64,000 nt of DNA. Source: Iphione sp. A-MEVVRFRX5. Its lineage: Eukaryota. The notes beneath the pieces were generated by a model. It did no database searches, was not told where the DNA came from, and worked only from the letters and a program-made list of their open reading frames with translations. Positions 60,606 to 64,000 of the stretch are shown here, one piece after another. The stretch lies in contig OZ320317.1 of the NCBI GenBank assembly GCA_976226885.1, positions 7,502,001 to 7,566,000 on the forward strand, read 5' to 3'. The translations under genes and the position numbers were made by a program. Every line of letters begins with the position of its first letter. The first letter of the stretch is position 1.

Positions 60606-61430
60606 TTACTTTAAAGAGTGGATATCGGCAGTAGCCGAGGAAACAGCAGCCGAACTTGCCATCTCACTAGCATCACCATTTTTACAGTTCCCATCAGCTA
60701 TGTAGGTTAAACTATCAGCCAACATGGCTCGGTAAACCACACACCGAGAACATGAACATCGACTAGATTTCTTACTCTTTTTTTGTGTGCTATTACTCTC
60801 ATTATCGTTTTCATGACTGACTTTGTTGCCGTTAGTTGCTGTACAAAGTCCAGGTTCAGTCATTTCTTTCCCAGAGTGGGAAGAAGTTGAACTACAATCA
60901 CGTTTTTGTTTAACAGACATGTCTGAACTCCGAGGAGATCGTACACCAGAACTTCCTGCAACGGGACTTTTCCGCCGTGTCTTTACTTCCGGATTTTGTT
61001 CTCTATTTTCCACAAAAACGTCCGGTGATAAAGAATGAGAAGTTGCTTTAGAATGTTTCTTTGAACTTGTATGCCAACGATATCTTTGCCGTTGACCTTC
61101 ATCTTCTGAACCGTCACTGGCTGAACTAAGCAGTACCGGTTCCTTTCCTGAACTCAAAGAGACAGATACCTTCTTTGAAGATGAAAATTTACTAGTACCT
61201 TTTAAAGACTTCCTTGTACTACCACAGCCACCATTGGATGATTCTCGTTCATGGGAAGATTGTACGCGATGCTGCATACTGTAAGAAGAGTCGTGAAGAT
61301 CGTCAACTTCTGCCATTAAGGCCCTGCACCTACACCGACAACTGGCTAGATGCCGTCCATCTATAGACCTCGCTGCCTCTCGATCGGCCTGAAGACAGGG
61401 TTTACGTTTAGTTACGTAATAGTCGGACAT
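60606..61430 (-). CDS. Hypothetical Ser/Lys-rich protein, 274 aa
   Basis: Long open frame in AT-rich DNA, preceded by ttttattttttgcAG. Low complexity, with two Cys clusters and no family recognised. Confidence 0.4.
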   Translation of the reverse strand: MSDYYVTKRKPCLQADREAARSIDGRHLASCRCRCRALMAEVDDLHDSSYSMQHRVQSSHERESSNGGCGSTRKSLKGTSKFSSSKKVSVSLSSGKEPVLLSSASDGSEDEGQRQRYRWHTSSKKHSKATSHSLSPDVFVENREQNPEVKTRRKSPVAGSSGVRSPRSSDMSVKQKRDCSSTSSHSGKEMTEPGLCTATNGNKVSHENDNESNSTQKKSKKSSRCSCSRCVVYRAMLADSLTYIADGNCKNGDASEMASSAAVSSATADIHSLK

Positions 61431-61727
61431 TTAAGCTGCAAAAAATAAAAACATGAAGTAAGTAACACAGTAGCACTGGTTGGAATGAAAGAGAACACCT
61501 CTATTCTAACCAAACTACTCCTATTCCAACTAAACCGCTTGCGACAGACTCAAGAGGAATGAGTTGAATAGTGAAATTAACCATTCCGGTTTTGAAAAAG
61601 GCAATACTCAACCATTCCACACGCAAATATTTTCCCAGCCCGCGGCCCGAGTGGCTTAAACTCTCGACCTTTCCCTCTATGGGACCCCGCCGCCCAACCT
61701 GCCCCGTTTCCCCACAGGAAAACGCGG

Positions 61728-62192
61728 TTGCTACCCTTCTCAAAAACTCCCATGCGCACAATCCCAGAGGAGCATCTTTCCCTGGCAATCCTGGTTTCTC
61801 CAACAGAACAGGATCTGCCCATACCTCCTCGACTTGAGGAAGCGGTGGACCAAGGAGCGGCCCTGTCTGAAGACGACCAACCCGATACCGAGGACCTTGG
61901 CATAGGATTCGCCAGGCCCGAAGTATATAGGGGGAGTGAAGAACCTCCCTCGTCTATCCAAGAGGAAGATGAGTCATCTTCACGGCCCCCTTCTCCCGAA
62001 GCTGCCACTGCCCCAGGAACTCCCATGGCCGAAGGCCCTAACAATGAGGGTGTGATCCGCTTCATGGAGCGGACTCGGAAATCGCCCTCCCCTGCCCGAA
62101 CTAAAGAGGAAGACAGCATGAATTCTGTTGTCCGTCTGGAAAAATTTTCCATTCCCCCAGGGACAAAGAAAATAAGTCTGGAGAAACCCTAA
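61728..62192 (+). CDS. Hypothetical acidic/Pro-rich ORF in an unclassified C-rich element
   Basis: ORF track; composition shifts abruptly at about 61500. Confidence 0.3.
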   Translation: MLPFSKTPMRTIPEEHLSLAILVSPTEQDLPIPPRLEEAVDQGAALSEDDQPDTEDLGIGFARPEVYRGSEEPPSSIQEEDESSSRPPSPEAATAPGTPMAEGPNNEGVIRFMERTRKSPSPARTKEEDSMNSVVRLEKFSIPPGTKKISLEKP

Positions 62193-63347
62193 TGAAGACC
62201 CGGAGGGTCGCGATCCACTTATCTACCCCGGACCTCCAGAGCCACAGACCCGTGACACCAAAGCACTCCAGCCTGAAACAGCTTTGAGTCCACTGGGTGT
62301 CCCTGCACTGCGTCGGTCACGACGCCTGCGATCTTCAGTCAACACCCTGATTACAAAACCGATCTCCCGACCATCAGCCCCTGGACATTCCCTTACATCT
62401 CGATGGAAATCCCTCACCCGAAAACTGTTTGCAAAACATTAAAATGCTCCCATAGAACCCCTTACTCCATCCCTCTTTCCTCCTCCCGCTGGAAGGAACA
62501 CCACATATCCCACTGTAGTATCTAACAGCACTCAACAGTTTCATAAAAATTCGCTGCACTATGCTATAACTCACACCCCTGGGAAATGAACGAAGGGAAA
62601 AGTTCACGCAGACTATTAAAAGAGCTTGGCAAAGACGCTGCACATTAGATAGTCCTATCCCCTCGCAGACCGGCCGAACATTTCACGCATACCAAGGACA
62701 AGGGGAGTGCCTCCTCTGCCGGAGAGAGCACTAATAAATATAGGGGAGGGGTCACGCCCCCTAGAGGGTATTATCCTCACCTTCTATGTCACAAGGGACC
62801 AGAAGGACAGTGAAGAGGTGGCACTACTCACAACATTAGGATTCCCCCAAAACCCCAAACGCCACCCTAGGATAACAAAATTAGAGAGAGAATGGGTTGA
62901 TGAAATAATGTGCACAAAATAAAAGTAAAAAGAGAAAGAGAATCAGTACGCTCAGCAAGGGACCAGCAAGGGTTTTTTTATTAAGTAAAAGAAGGTCCCT
63001 AGCTGTCTCGTCTCCCTGCCTCGCTCTGCCCCAGTCGTGCGCTCCTCCCTATTGCCTTATCTCCCTACCTGACGCGTAAAAACCACGGGTCCTAGCCTGC
63101 GATCCAAGAAAAGGCACTAACCCCACGTGGGAGGTGAAAAGCCTAGCTACCTCTTCATCCTCCTCCGGCGTGTCCTCCCATAAAAACCTCAGATATAAGT
63201 ACAAAGGCCGGAACCTAGGGGAGTCCCAATGCTGCGACCTCAGCCGAGGAACTCAAAACCCAGCCGAGTACACCCCCCCCTTTTTGTAAGAAAAACCAGA
63301 AATATATCGGGAATCCACCTCGTCCTTCCAGTACCATATACCTATCC

Positions 63348-63968
63348 ATGAATACCGCTACTAGCCATCAGTTTTCCTTCTATTCCTATCTCAATCAACA
63401 GGCCATGGCCTCCATCTATCTCCGCGAACAAATACTGGAAAGAGGAGCACCTCCAACTGTCGCTGACTGCATTCCTCAGCTCTCTCCGCTATTGTTTAAA
63501 CCAACAAAAGGAGTGCGGCACAAGGACGTCTCCCACACTGACCGACAACACCTCCTGCAGAAACTCGCTCTCCAAGTCAACGAACCTGGCATGTCATTCG
63601 TCAGATGGACCCCCCATTTCTTCAATCTGGAATCATCACTCGTACAGCACGCTCTGAAGCAACTTATTACATCCTACTTGAAGCAACAACTGGAGCCTAT
63701 CTTACCTCAACGATTTCTTCCGGTCTGGGACACCCTAGCAATGCTTGCTCTACACGAAGAATGCTGTCAAGTTCCCTACGGCCCCCTATACAAGCAACGA
63801 GCCGCTGCTCGAGCCATTAAAACATACCTTGAAAGATCAGGGTCCCTACCCCCGTGCCCCAGCCTATATGCTAAATCGAATACTCCTCAAGAGACAGGAC
63901 ATGAGGATACATGGGAAGCCCTGGTGTGGCCCCCATCCCCGAAGGAAAATATAGACACAGTAGGATAA
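63348..63968 (+). CDS. Hypothetical protein, 206 aa, unknown family
   Basis: Open frame with globular-looking composition; no motif recognised. Confidence 0.4.
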   Translation: MNTATSHQFSFYSYLNQQAMASIYLREQILERGAPPTVADCIPQLSPLLFKPTKGVRHKDVSHTDRQHLLQKLALQVNEPGMSFVRWTPHFFNLESSLVQHALKQLITSYLKQQLEPILPQRFLPVWDTLAMLALHEECCQVPYGPLYKQRAAARAIKTYLERSGSLPPCPSLYAKSNTPQETGHEDTWEALVWPPSPKENIDTVG

Positions 63969-64000
63969 ATAGCTATTTTTCTCATAAGCACTATACAATA

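Overview
This is AT-rich, intron-containing animal genomic DNA, probably from an invertebrate; the species cannot be determined from the sequence. The left third holds host genes. An 8-exon RABL2 GTPase gene (minus strand, 6867-14552) sits head-to-head with an intronless Mab-21/cGAS-like receptor (cGLR, 16363-17841) that keeps its catalytic motifs. From about 18 kb the window is dense with transposons, most of them on the minus strand. The standout is a young, full-length, 9.6-kb Ty3/Gypsy endogenous-retrovirus-like element (19468-29043) with ~99% identical LTRs, a CTAG target-site duplication and a tRNA-Ser(GCU) primer-binding site, inserted into a LINE reverse-transcriptase gene. It carries gag, pol (GGGAAAC -1 frameshift), a baculovirus-F-like env, and an intact fourth ORF just before the 3' LTR that looks like a BTB/POZ plus RING-type zinc-finger protein. 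That ORF is a candidate ubiquitin-ligase accessory gene. Further right are remnants of MULE, Maverick/Polinton, Harbinger and MADF, KDZ/Zisupton-like, Penelope (with a candidate hammerhead ribozyme), CR1/L2-like LINE, YqaJ-exonuclease and DIRS/Ngaro elements, several tandem repeats, and unclassified ORFs at the right end. All family assignments come from motif recognition by eye; no database searches were run.
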